64,000 bases of DNA from Marsupella aquatica (GCA_973895155.1 OZ316894.1:10385874-10449873), one strand, 5' to 3'; shown: positions 48,565 to 60,997, numbered from the stretch's first letter. Notes: generated by a model not told the origin, from the letters alone. Translations and numbers: made by a program.

Positions 48565-51021
48565 TGTAGAGTACTAGGGTTTAGAGTAAGAGTAACTATT
48601 CTTCTCTTTAAAAGCCTAGATTCGTTCCCGTTAAGAGTTTGTGAGACCTAAAAGATTGTGTTACGATACTTTGAGTACTTTTGAGTAATAAACTCAGGTT
48701 ACAAGCCTTATTAACATGCTCAGGTTTATGGAAGGAATTCTATGATACTTCCATGAAAGGTATGAAGTTTGTATCGTCCATAGTGCAATCAAAAGGGGAT
48801 AAAAAGTGTTAAACAAAACCAAAAGCCAGCGGCGTGAAAACTGATAGAAAGTGAGTTAATAGAAATACACCCTATCACTACATAGTAACTTATGGCTAGC
48901 GGTAGTACACTAAGAATCATCGGTGTAAAAACTCATGTAAAATTGATGCCTACATATCCTCTTCAAACCAGCCATCTTAGAAATTTATAAAAGATTAGCA
49001 TAAGATAGCCCGTATTGATTTTCTGACCTATGTCAAAGCAAGGTGGTACTAATCACTCCGAACCAACTTATTCTTTTATTCAATCCATCAGATTGCTCTT
49101 TTGGATCTATGCAATTTATGGAATTCTAGTGGTGAATTTGTATCAGCTCCTCATAATATAAGAGCTCTATGGTCAACACGAATCAATAGGCTTTTGCATG
49201 ATCTCATGCATGCGTTTCCAGTCAGCCTACGGGTCAACCAAGCATTACTAGTCACATCAAACAGCTTCTTCCAGTAAAGGATAATCGCACACTAATGTTG
49301 AATCACAAATCATAGATTACCAAAATTACTAGTGTATACTTCTCATTGCTTAATTACTTCAAAGAGAAGGAGACTTAAGGTTGAAAGATAATTTCATGAA
49401 AATCATATTAAGCCTAAGTCTAAGGTTCAAGAAGGAAACTCTCTCTCTTATATAGAAGAGAGATCCCTTGAGAAAACACTTATGAAAAGACATGCCTTTT
49501 CATAATACAAAAGGTAAATAAATCTTATCAAACTAGACTATCTTATACTAGGTAAAGGTAAGAGTATCATATCTTCCTGTCATACAAAATTATTCAAAAC
49601 TACAGTAGATATGAGTGATAAAAGCCTGATTCCGGTTCAACCGGCTAGTAGCTAAAGTGGTTTCCAGCTTAAACGTTTATTAGTTTAGTTGCGGCTTCAG
49701 TTCTTTCAGAAATCTCAAGAACGACATTCAGGGGAGGAACTTGGCTTTGAAGAGGCTCCAGGACATAAGCTATACCTGAGGCGGTTGTCATTATGTTTCC
49801 AGGGAGGATCGGCTTTGAAGTAAACTGATTCATCAAAGAGGTCAAGTGAGAAGTCCGAGGGGTAGAACCTGGCAAAGTTCCTGTGGAAGAAGTGAAATCA
49901 GGAGCAGAAGTATCAAAGGTAATGGGAGGTTCAGATCGTGGAGATGGTGAGCTGTACTCTCTTGGTTCTTCATCATCGATCTTTGAACCATACTTGTTGT
50001 AGAGTCTTTATCTGCTCTAAAATCTCCTTCATGGTAGCCAAATAATCTTCAAGCTTATCTCCATAGTCCTGAGAGATCTTATGACAGTGGCAAGGCAAGT
50101 AGGGTTGGGTACTTTTACAAAGTACTCTCAAAAGAGTTCTGTCTGAACCAAATCTCTACCTCTAGTGTTCAGGAAAGGGTCTAAACGATCCACCAAATCT
50201 TCCAGACTCTCAATAGATTCTTCCTCCTTTTTACTCCTCTGTCTTCTCTCCTTCAGCTGGTCTTCACAATCTTTGAGTCTATCAGACTTCTCCTTGAGGT
50301 CCTTTTCCATTCTCTCCACCTTCTCCTTGTTGCCGGCTGATTCAATCACTTGCTCGAAATGGGATATCATCTCTGAAACTGGCACACCTGCCATTCGGGC
50401 CATCTTGGACAGATTCTTCTCCATGATTCCCATCTTCACTTGCACTGCTTCTATCTCCCGTTGGATCAACAACAAATGGCTCTGAGAAGACTCTGAAAGC
50501 GAACCGGAAGTGGGAGTGGAAGTGCTGGCCGGTTGAACGGGATTTCCTCCTAAAGTAAGCTTTCGGCGCTTTGCCGGTTCAACAATTTGTATCACTGGCT
50601 CCTCCTCATCCTCCTCAGAGTCCTCCAACTTAATGGACTCCAGATCAGGCTTCGTTCAGCCTTGAGAGTTGTGGAAAGAGAGAGACCGGTTCAACCTCTT
50701 TTGATCTCCGAGGTGGTTGCGGAGCGTTTCAGAACTTATGGTTTTACGGTTCAGCCGTTCGCCGCAGCACCATCCTCTGCCAGAAAGTACCGGGTCTGAA
50801 TGATGTCGAAGCCAGCCTTATCAGTCGGGGAGGTTGAACCGGATTTCCTCCTCTCGAGCCGTCCACTCTTTTCCATAGCAACTTCCAAAAGTATTTGTTA
50901 GTACCTTTAAGCACTCATAATGGACTAAATGGGTTTAAGGTATGGAAGGTTGTGCTTTAAGGGGCAAAAATTTTAAAATTTCCCTTCATTTCTCCTCTTA
51001 CCAAATAACCACCATCTCATA
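48565..51021 (-). mobile_element. ~2.46-kb solo-LTR-like element (family C) with coiled-coil ORF remnant, in Copia pol
   Basis: Starts TGTAGAG, ends ...CTCATA (CA>TA). 5-bp TSD GAGAC (48560-48564; the right copy is split by a MITE and seen at 51415-51419). The empty site restores QIRSGETVILKG. ORF remnant at 50128-50628. Confidence 0.7.
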
Positions 51022-51024
51022 GAG

Positions 51025-51413
51025 GGTCAAGTGCAAGCTAGAGGGGTACTGAAAGGATCTCCATTTTCTCCACCAAAAGGACATAGGTCCTTGGTAAAAG
51101 CAATCACTAGAGGACAAAAAGACCAAAATGTTACATGGAATGGCCAGGATTGTTTTGGTGAGATTGAAAGGTTAGATCATGCATGCCGGATGTTTGGAAG
51201 TGTGTCCAAATGTTTTGGAATTCTAGAAGTGTGCCCGATCTTTTTGGAAGTGTGCACAACATTGTTGGCAGTGCCCCCAATTATTTGGAAGTGTGCCCAA
51301 CCTTTTTGGGAGTGTGCTCAACTAAATCTTAATGACATTTCTAGTCCTTCCCCTCTCCTTTTTGAGCTAGTCCTTGGGGACTCCTTTGGTACCCCTCTAG
51401 CTTGCACTTGACC
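51025..51413. mobile_element. 389-bp MITE, 25-bp TIR, 4-bp TSD AGAG, internal 21-bp repeats
   Basis: GGTCAAGTGCAAGCTAGAGGGGTAC at both ends; AGAG at 51021-51024 and 51414-51417; TTTGGAAGTGTGCCCAA-like repeats at 51190-51320. Confidence 0.9.
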
Positions 51414-54400
51414 AGAGACAGTGATTTTGAAGGGGAGCAGACAGAAGAATTTGTATGTGTTACAGGGCAATAATGTATGTGGAGAGGCCAATGTAACCAA
51501 GTCTCACGAGGAGATGACTCAACTATGGCATTCACGGCTAGGCCACATGAGTGAGAAGGGTTTGGCTATCTTACGGAAGAATTGACTCATTTTTGATTTG
51601 CAATCTTGTAAATTAGAGTTCTGTGAGCATTGCATTCTTGGAAAGCAGCATCGTCGTGCTTTCGGTGTTGGAACTCATCGTTTCAAAGCGGTTATTGAGT
51701 ACATACATAGTGACGTGTGGGGTCCATCCCTGACTCCCTCACACTCTGGAAAGTTGTACTATATATCATTTATTGACGATTACTCAAGATTTGTGTGGAT
51801 TTATTTCATGACGCATAAGTCTGATGTCTTGTCCATTTTTAAGAAGTGGAAGGCCCAGGTGGAGAATCAGACTAGAAACACGCTCAAGTGTTTGAATTGG
51901 ATACAAGGGTGAAGAGTCTGAGGTCAGACAATGGCGGGGAGTACACTTTAGTGGAATTTGAACAATATTGTTCAGAACAGGGGATAACTCGCCATCTCAC
52001 CACAATTTATACTCCGCAGTAGAATGGTATCGCTGAGAGGCTCAATCAGACACTATTGGAGCGGTCACGAAGTATGTTGAGCCAATCGGGTTTACCACAG
52101 GAATTTTGGGCAGAAGCTGTCAATACCGCAACTTATTTGGTAAATCTTTCTCCTTCTAGTGCTTTCAATTTCAAAACGCCGTTTGAGATGTGCTGTAAGC
52201 GGCAAGCAGACTATCATGGCTTGGTAGTTTTTGGAAGTGATGCATATGCTCTCACACCATAGCAAAATAAGACCAAATTGGAAGTATATAGGCTATGGGA
52301 TCCTGTCGCCTGTAAGCTTGTTGTCGTAGGGATGTTTCCTTCAATAAATCCAGATTATTGGAGGGGAGAATACTCAGATCTCCCGTACTGACAAAGGAAA
52401 ATTTCTTATCCTAGATCTCGTTGAGGGGGAGATTGGTCATGAGGTACATGACCAGAGAGAAGGAGTTGCTCCAATTATGGAGTTGGTTCCTCTGCCAAAG
52501 GAACCGCAGAGGAACCAGAGGAGTTTGTTGATGCTGGTGAGCAGCAAGTGGATGCTGCTGAGCTTCAAATTATACCAGCACACGCAGATCAATCGGAGTC
52601 ATCGGCTAGAAGAACATCTGGTCGCACTTTACGCGCTCCACCAAGGTATGGACAGTGGGTTGATTCATCTCAGTTGCAAGAGGAGAACTTTGTTACTGAT
52701 GATGAGGGTGATGCGTTGATTTTGGAAGAAGGGAAACCTTCTTTATTTCATGAAGCAAGTGCTTCAAAGGAGAAGCAGGAGTGGGCTGCAGCAATGCAAA
52801 CGGAGATGCAATCACTGAAGGACAACAAAACTTGGAAGCTTGTCAAACTGCCTGAGAGACAGCAAGTGGTGGACAACAAGTGGATATACAAGCTGAAGGA
52901 TCAATCCACAGGAGGTGGATCAAAGGTCTACAAGGCTAGGTTGGTAGCCAAGCTAAGGGATTCACACAGGAAAAAAGTGTAGATTACAATGAGGTCTTCT
53001 CACCAGTTGCTAAGTACTCAACAATACGACTATTATGTGTGCTTGTTGTTACGTTTGGTCTGCTGCTAGATCAGATGGATGTTGTCACAGCTTTTCTCTC
53101 CATGGCACCTTGGAAGAGGTGATCTTCATGAGATAGCCGCTAGGTTTTGTGAAGAAAAGGCAAGAGGATTTGGTTTGCAGATTACTGAGATCCTTGTACG
53201 GGTTGAAGCAATCACCAAGACAGTGGAATAAGCGGTTTGATGATTGGATCCGTGCACAAGGCTTTCACAGGAGTGTGTTTGACCCATGTGTGTATCTTAA
53301 ACCGGTGAAGAATGTTGTTTTTGGGTTCATTGTTTTAGTAATTTATGTGGATGACATGCTTATTGCGGCCAAGGATAGGTCTGAGATTGTTAAGCTCAAG
53401 GCACTACTTAGTGTAGAGTTTAAGACGAAGGACTTAGGGCCAGCTAAGAGAATTTTGGGTATGGAGATCACTAGGGACTTGAAGGCTGGTAAGCTATGGT
53501 TGACGCAGAGCAGTTATGCGAGGAAGGTAATTGCAAGGTTCAACATGGGGGATAGCAAGCCAATAAATACCCCGTTGGCTCCACACTTCAAGTTGTCATC
53601 AGCTTTCTGTCCTATGGATGACACAGAGAAGGGGTTGATGTCAAAGGTTCCGTATGACAAGGCAGTGGGGAGTCTCATGTATTTGATGACTTGCACTAGA
53701 CCTGATCTTGCCATGGTTATGGGCAAGGTGAGCAGGTACATGTCGAATCCAGGGAAGGTACACTGGGAAGCAGTAAAGTGGATTATTCGGTATTTGAAGG
53801 GTACCGTGGATCATGGTCTATTGTTTGATGCACATGCTGATAATGCTAGATCATTGATGGGCTATGTAGATGCTGTCTATGCACAGGATCTGGATCAGAG
53901 GAGGTCAACAACAGATTATGTGTTCACACTGGGAGGTGGATGCATAAGTTGGAGGTCTACTTTGGAGAAGTGTATTGCTTAGTCTACTACAAAAGCGGAG
54001 TATGTTGCAGCAATGGAAGCAGCAAAGGAAGCGATTTGGTTGGATAGATTGATCACTGAGATGGGATTGTCACAGGGGAATGTGAAGCTTCATTGTGATA
54101 GTCAGAGTGCGCTTCACCTTGTTGTGAACCAGGTGATGGACAGTAGAGTAAAGCACATTGACTTCAGGTATCATTTTATCAGGCAAGCTGTGTCTGATAA
54201 TATGTTTGAGCTAGTCAAGATTGACGGTAAACTCAACCCGGCTGACGCTTTTACCAATGTGATTCCTTTGGAGAGTTTTTCTAGACACCATGATGCGTTG
54301 CAGGTTTTGCAATTGCCTCACAAGTAGGGTTACTTAACATTTGTGTAGATACTGAGATATGCTCTTGCTCACTCCTTGTATAGGCTACGGCTTAGTTTTG

Positions 54401-54507
54401 GTCTACTCTCGTATAAAGAGGGAAAAACCGGTTTGGTTTTTCTTTCCAGAACTTCCCGCTGAGCAATCATATTGGTAGTAGTCTTTACCCTCCCCTAGAC
54501 CAGAGTC

Positions 54508-54517
54508 AAGGGGGAGA
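54508..54517 (+). promoter_or_regulatory. Polypurine tract
   Basis: AAGGGGGAGA immediately before the 3' LTR. Confidence 0.9.
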
Positions 54518-54518
54518 T

Positions 54519-54863
54519 TGTTAGGATTTACTCTTAGGTCTAGAGTTACAAATGTACCGTAGTTAAGGCTAACCTTAGTCGCAGACTTGGTTAGGTTAGT
54601 CATGTTGTGCACACTCTATAACCAAGCGGTGTTTGCTTGGAGAGTGAGAACTTAGGCTCATTGTTACGGAGCTAGTTGAGAGATAGAGAAAGCTTGCCCT
54701 GTGGATGCTTGGTATGGCCGGTCGGCCTAGAGTGCAGTAAAGCTCATGTGTATTCCCGTGGATGTAGCCTCATGTGGAGGTGAACCACGTATCTCTCTGT
54801 GTCGACTCCTGTGCGTTGGATGGTTCATGGGCTTGCCGTTGCGATTGTTGTCTATGCTCAACA
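54519..54863 (+). repeat. Copia 3' LTR
   Basis: Direct repeat of the 5' LTR, followed by TSD GGCCT. Confidence 0.97.
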
Positions 54864-55066
54864 GGCCTTTGGGTCGCTGGTTAATGCCCTATATTGCGCC
54901 ACCATACAAAGTAGGGGTCAGTCGGGTCTTTCAACACATTTGCCCTCCAAACTGTATGAGAGGCTTTCACCTCAAACAATATGATCTTTATCCTATAGTT
55001 ATTTGTGATTTATGAAATAATGTAATAGGTGTTATTTATTAATATGAGTTGGCCTATAAATTAAGT

Positions 55067-56934
55067 ATACATTTGTGGCCATGAAAATGTACATTTCAGA
55101 ACTGATTTCAATAAATCTTTTAATTAATCAATACACTTTTAATAAATAGGCTGATCACTGAGCAAAGAAAAAAATACACTTTTAATAAATAGGCGATCAC
55201 CCCCAATATCATTTTTCCTTTTTTGCCCTGGATTTTACCCTGGATTTTACTCTTGTGTATTTGTAATGCTGCCAAACGCTAACTCACCCTTTGCAAATCA
55301 TAAACCTGCCTTTCACCCCGTGAACTCACCGTTTCCAATTCAAGAGCCTACGGACTTTACAAACTCATATGCAAGCCAAACTTTTTGAATTGGAATATAA
55401 GTGATCGAGGTAGTTATAGCGGAGTACATTAAATTGAGTAAAAGTTTAAAGCTGGGGCTCAAATAATGTCGAAAAGTATGAGAATACATCTGGTGAGTAT
55501 AGCTTCGATCGATCATCATGCAAGTCACCTTAATTAGCATCGATCGTGGACCAGTTAAAATTATCCGCTTATTCAAAACAAAGCTAAAACCGGATGGAGG
55601 TAGAGAACAACACAAAGCCCGTTCTTGCTGCCAAATCAAAGATATTTTAGTTACAAGTTGCTGGTATCTTGTATAAGAGCCAAATTAACGGGGTGGTTCG
55701 GCAATACAGAAAGCTGAAATTTATAGCTAGAATGCTTGAGACTCCCAATCCCCAGCCTCAGTTGCAAACTATTTCATACTCATTCAATATTCCACAACCT
55801 AAGCTAGGAGTGCACCTTGCTAGCTAGTATTGCTGTCAACGTACTGGCCATTGCAGGAAGCAAATGAGATCTAATTAAGTAGTCACTGGTCGATCGATAT
55901 TCTCTTGAATTGACGCCAGTAAGTGTTTATTTTGAATGACATGGTCGTTTAAATCCGACACCGAGCTTATTTTATTCGGAATACATGCAAAAACAGTTTC
56001 AATAAGGTACTGTTCCTTATTCAAATATATGTACTTATTCGACTAATCACGGCAGTATGCTCATTGTGGCAGTACGTTATTTCTCCTTCTAAACGGCAGT
56101 ACTGCTTCGCCAGTCACAGATTCTCGCTAGTCTCGTCGGTTTCAGGGTCTCGTGCTTCGCCAGTCACAGATTTTAGTCTCTTCAGCATCAGGGTTCTCCA
56201 ATTGATCTTCCAATGCCCTCCAGAATCCTGCATCATCGATTGTCCAGAAAGCAGAGGGACCAGCCTCCCCGTTCGCAAGCAGCTTCCAGTCGACGTTCAT
56301 GTTCCACTTACCTGTTCCCAACAGGGCATACCTGCACACAATCAATTCAAGTACGTGACATTTCACCCAGGGCACAGGATGGAATTCTGTCAAAACCCTT
56401 CTCCACTAATGACAAATATAGGCCAGGGGTCCGCATGAAAGACATCTGAAAATGAGGTTAGATTCAATCTAGATAGAAAAGCTGATTGCCAAAAGGCTCA
56501 AGAAAATATCGTAAGTTGGAAGGACACTACTAGTATTAATAACTCAGTAAACAGTTGTATTGATATATAGCTAGCCTTGTGCATGTGACAAAACTCCACT
56601 CTAGTTTCGTCCAAATTAAGCTCTCGATCACTGGCTGGATAATATATGCTTCTAGTAAGACAGAACGTTGACACCCAGATGATTCCCAGATCCAGAGCAA
56701 ATTAAATTGTAGAGTTTTCTCAATTAATGTGACTGATGAATTGAAAAGGCCGGCCAGCTCTAGCATTATTTATGCTTGTAACGTACCCACGAGAATCATA
56801 TATAGCAGATATATATATATAACAATCATAATAAATTTTTATTATTTCTGTGGATCGATGACGTGGAAAACATAAGGCCTCCAGTTGATATATGTATTCC
56901 GAAGCCTACACAGCTAGAAAGAAAATCTAGCTAA
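55067..56934 (-). repeat. Right arm of inverted segmental duplication
   Basis: Reverse complement of 1-2308 without the 512-bp insert. Confidence 0.95.
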
Positions 56935-57235
56935 ATTAATCATTCAGCAATTAAGTATGAAGTCCAGTAGGATATAGAACTCACGAAGTGGAGATAGATG
57001 CGATGTCATCATCCACAACCATCTCATACCGTCCCCCCACAGGAAGCCTGAACTCTTCTTCACCGTTATCGAAAGAGCCATCCTTAAATGTGAAATGATG
57101 TGTGTAGTCAATTTCGAAGTTAGAAAGGTTGTCGACCACAAGCATCGGCGGGTCCGGCACAGGCGGCACTGGTTGACCAAAGCCTCGCGAAACCAGCAGC
57201 ATCAGGCAGAGAAGTGCATATGATGCTTTTCCCAT
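56142..57235 (-). CDS. 146-aa secreted protein, distant S-protein-homologue (SPH / self-incompatibility S1)-like; exons 57235-56985 and 56331-56142
   Basis: Signal-peptide-like MGKASYALLCLMLLVSRGFG. TC|GTGAGT donor and GCAG|G acceptor join in frame (251+190=441 nt). VVDNLSN, L..G.RY, FWTIDDAGFW and a near-terminal W recall the SPH pattern. Family call is by eye and weaker than the gene model. Confidence 0.75.
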
Positions 57236-57484
57236 TGTATCCTCTCGATCTATTGAGGAGAGAAGCTAGCAGAAAGGTATTTCAAAGTGTTTCCAAGTCT
57301 GACGATGGCAAGAAAAGATAGTGGAAGAGAAGCAAGGGCACTGAGTAAGATAATCAAGAAGCTGGACTGGAGGAGGAAAGAGCACCTCAGGCCGGGAGGC
57401 GGAGGAAGAGAAGAAAAGAGACCTGCAGACAGGAAAATGGAGCAGCCAGCAGAGAATGGATAGGATGAACGAACCACAACGGTC

Positions 57485-57491
57485 TTATATA
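57485..57491 (-). promoter_or_regulatory. TATA box of the secreted-protein gene
   Basis: CTATATAAG on the minus strand, followed by a pyrimidine-rich leader, ~250 bp upstream of the ATG. Confidence 0.65.
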
Positions 57492-60400
57492 GCCGCAGAA
57501 GGATATGAAGCTAGGCTAAAGGTTCGGAGATTGGGTGTTTGCCAAGCCCCGAGTTTTTGGACAGTTGGAAATGGCACATGCACGGGGTGACGCCAGCTCA
57601 GCAAACCATAATCCAAATATATGGTCACGTACAACTAATGTATCACTAACCCAACCCAGGCTACTATCCATAATTATTACTTGCTTGAGGGCTGACTGTA
57701 GCTCAATGTGCTATCCCCAAAGAAAGATTCCTACCTAAAGCTGCCACCTGTCAAGTAACGTCTTCTATCACCCAGCCTCTACTGTGCACCCCAAACAGTC
57801 TACCTGTCAGAGCATTCACCAAGCCTTGTTTCATGCGCAATCCAAAGCTCGACAAGCCCTGCCCTTACCATCGATCGATCTGTACGTAAGTAAAGCCAAC
57901 CGGCGTATCTTTTAACTTTTCAACCCCATTCGCTGATTCAGCCTCTATTGGACGTACGTCCATGCTCTTAATTACTTGGGGGCAGGGCCGGGCGCGGTGG
58001 AGAAAAATAGCAACCAGGACCCATCGTGCTCTTGAGTAGCAACTCTTCTTTTCATTCGAGAATATATTTTGAGATTCTTGTGTAACGCATCATAATTAAT
58101 GTGGAAGATCGAGCGGGGTGTAGTGAACTGGTTTTTCAAAGTGAATCACGACCTTAATCAATGAAAATTGGATATTTGCCCCATAGCTACAACACAGGGC
58201 CGGTATACTCGAGGAAACAGAGAGCTTCAATGTATAGGATTAAAGGCATACGCCCCCCCCCCCCCCCCCCCTCCCCCCTTCCTTACTAGATATAGGGTAA
58301 CCATATTTCTATCTGCCTATGCGGGAGATGGACATACAGGAGACTGTGTCCTAGTAAAGGGGACTGTATGTCTTTGGTCGTTCAGGTCATGTGTTTAGTT
58401 CGGGGTTTAGTTATTATTGGACCACATCGACCATGCTCACATTTCTTTTTTCTGTTCTGTCTGCGGGGGCCTCAGCTTTGCAAGAGGGGCTCAACTTTGC
58501 AAGGAGACCATATATAGCTTGTCATAAGAAATTATAACTTACTTGGACAGGAGTACGTAATTGGGCAAGGACCAGGATCGAGTAACTGGGCAAGAACCAT
58601 AAGATATAACTGAACGCGCGACCTTAAAGAAAGGGATGCGCCAGGATCAAAGGCTGGATCCACCATCTGATCGAAGTTTTGTACCACACCCACTCATTTA
58701 TGGTCAGTGAAGAGGGAAGAATCATTTTTGGGTTTAATTACATGTTTAGTGAGTAATTAATGTACCGTTGGAGTATACTATCAGAGCTGGAAACACTGGA
58801 GACATGGGCCAACACATGCGCCAAAGGAGACTTGCGACTCCGGCAATGGCGAGTCAGTTTAGGGCGCGCACTGCACCGCGCCGGTGGAAGTGCTTTCACT
58901 AAATTCACCCTTCAACCCGAATGCCCAAAAAGCAATCTCCAAACTGTTAATTCACTAACCATCTTTGAGCCATAATACAGCTCAAAGACTAACCATCGTC
59001 GAAGCACAAAAACCACCACACCCACGAGACCACCAACCCTCCACCAGGAACAATCCGGCCCCAGTCCATGCAACATCTCATGGACCGAGCTCATGGAACA
59101 CTGGGGCAAGCCCAAAGTCGCAGTCAGAGCAAGAAAGGACCATACTGATCCACAGGACAATAATCCAAAGATCCAATCCGGTAAGAAACCCCACCAAACC
59201 CCGCACAAACCCTAAAACCTCGTGACGCTTCAGAGCACCATCACACAAGTATCTTAGGACCCAGAGACCAAGCCAGGGCCAGACAAGGCCACGTTGACAA
59301 CGATACTCAAAGTCACAGCCAGGCTGGACCCCACACCAAAAGATCCATCCAGGGCCACCACTCTAGGCCACACTGGCAGAAAACCCAGGCTTATCTACTC
59401 CTTGCTCCCTATACTCAAAGAGATTGCAAGTCAACCAGAAAGGGCCAGGCGGCCAAAGAATTCGATCCACAACAACCAAAGAGTCTCTGTCCTTGTCCTC
59501 CAGAAATATGCCCCATGACTCCATAGCAGGTGTGATATATCGAGGGCACAGGTTGCATGCTGCCAAAGATATTGGACAAATTAAAAACCACGAGATGGAA
59601 AAGAACAAGAGGGTATTTGAAGACACGAGCATGACCTGTCGCAAGCCATCACCTTCCCCAAGTATTAGAGCCCCTATCCATAAAAACAAAACATCAAACA
59701 TTGAAGCGTTCCTAAGTTAACCAAACCTGGCTGTCATTCCTCTCAAGAAACCTAATTATATGGATACAGGATACTTCAGCCATCCTTAATTCAAGCAGTG
59801 CTAGCACAATAATAGGCTGCTACCTACTGTTCCGATGTTGGTCCCTTAACTCCACGCTTAACTCCTCACTTGCGACTTGAGAAGCACGTACATGCATCAG
59901 AATAGCCTTGCTGCGGCCTCTGTAAATCCCCTTGAGAACAACTCACTATCCACCACTCAACGGAGCAATTTTAATTTCACTTCGTCAATTAGGCATGCAA
60001 ATTAATACAGAGCGCAAAATGAGAGGATGACAATGCAAGAATTGGGCCCATGTGAGAAACAAATATTTCTTCTTCACTATGCAACTTCAGCATCCTCAGA
60101 AAGCTTTTCCTTGCAAATTCTGCTTAGGTCCGATCGCAAACCACATATTACCCTTTTAGCGGCTCCACAAGACGCGAGGATTGTCTCGTTCATTGGACGC
60201 CTGATAGCATGAATTGCATGATTGTAATTCAGTAAAGCCTTCAGTAGTGGAAGTTTATGTGTCCGGGATTAGTTGAGCTCTGCCAATGCTCACCCACCGA
60301 ACCAAAAAGGTACCCATGCCTCGAAAGCCACGGAACATCTTGTTCGACTTCAAAGTGTCCCCGAAATAGCTTTTAAATAGCAACAATTGTCCAAGACCTT

Positions 60401-60988
60401 CTGTATTGCCACTGATAACCCATGATAGACAGATCTGGGCGCCATCCAATATATCCGCTGAATAGATGACGTACATCGAAATTGCTCCACTGAAGGTCTC
60501 CTTCTAAAGGGGTCTCATTTAGGCGCAACGTTTTTGGGTAAAACACACCCAAAAAATATTTATAAGAAGCTTTTCATAGTATGTGTTTACCTACTCTACC
60601 TTTTTAACAGCACCAGGAATTCTCCTGGATCAGATCAATTCAACGATCAATCCAGCTCAGAATCTTCCTCTGAAACTCTTTAAAAAGAATGTCCATGCAA
60701 TTGTGCACATAATGCTGACTTAGAATCTTGCTTCCAGTCACTACCACCGGGCCTGCAATAAACTGCAGGCGGCTCCTTACTGTGAACCCTAAAAAATTTC
60801 AAACCTGTGAGGGTAATGTCCGCCCCAAAATTAATTCAAACCGCACTATGTTCTGTTCATCCTGCTTACTATCGCATTAATCTGCAGCTGTCTCGAGGTC
60901 TTCCCAAACTTATCACATTTACAAACACCCCCGAAAACATGCAGAATGAAATAAACCGACAGCCAGGTTTGCATAGAGTAACTTCAAC

Positions 60989-60997
<9 letters not shown>

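Larger units (their letters stand above)
46326..54327 (+). pseudogene. Copia gag-pol polyprotein with stops, frameshifts and insertions
   Basis: KYDGRSDYLLW; CWKCDQVGHFKQDC knuckle; protease WILDCACSFH; WHSRLGH..CEHC; integrase HSDVWGP and RSDNGGEY; RT YVDDML; RNase H CDSQSA and NPADAFT. Confidence 0.95.
44369..54863 (+). mobile_element. Full-length Ty1/Copia LTR retrotransposon, decayed, with four nested insertions
   Basis: LTRs at 44369-44717 and 54519-54863 (TG..CA); TSD GGCCT; tRNA-iMet PBS; PPT; gag-PR-INT-RT-RH order. Confidence 0.97.

Noticed and set aside
1-56934. One giant transposon (Polinton/Mutator-like) with ~2-kb TIRs
   Set aside because: The arms consist of a host gene's intron, exon and 3' region. 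Exon 1 lies outside the visible arm, homology runs off the window edge, and the interior is explained by independent insertions.
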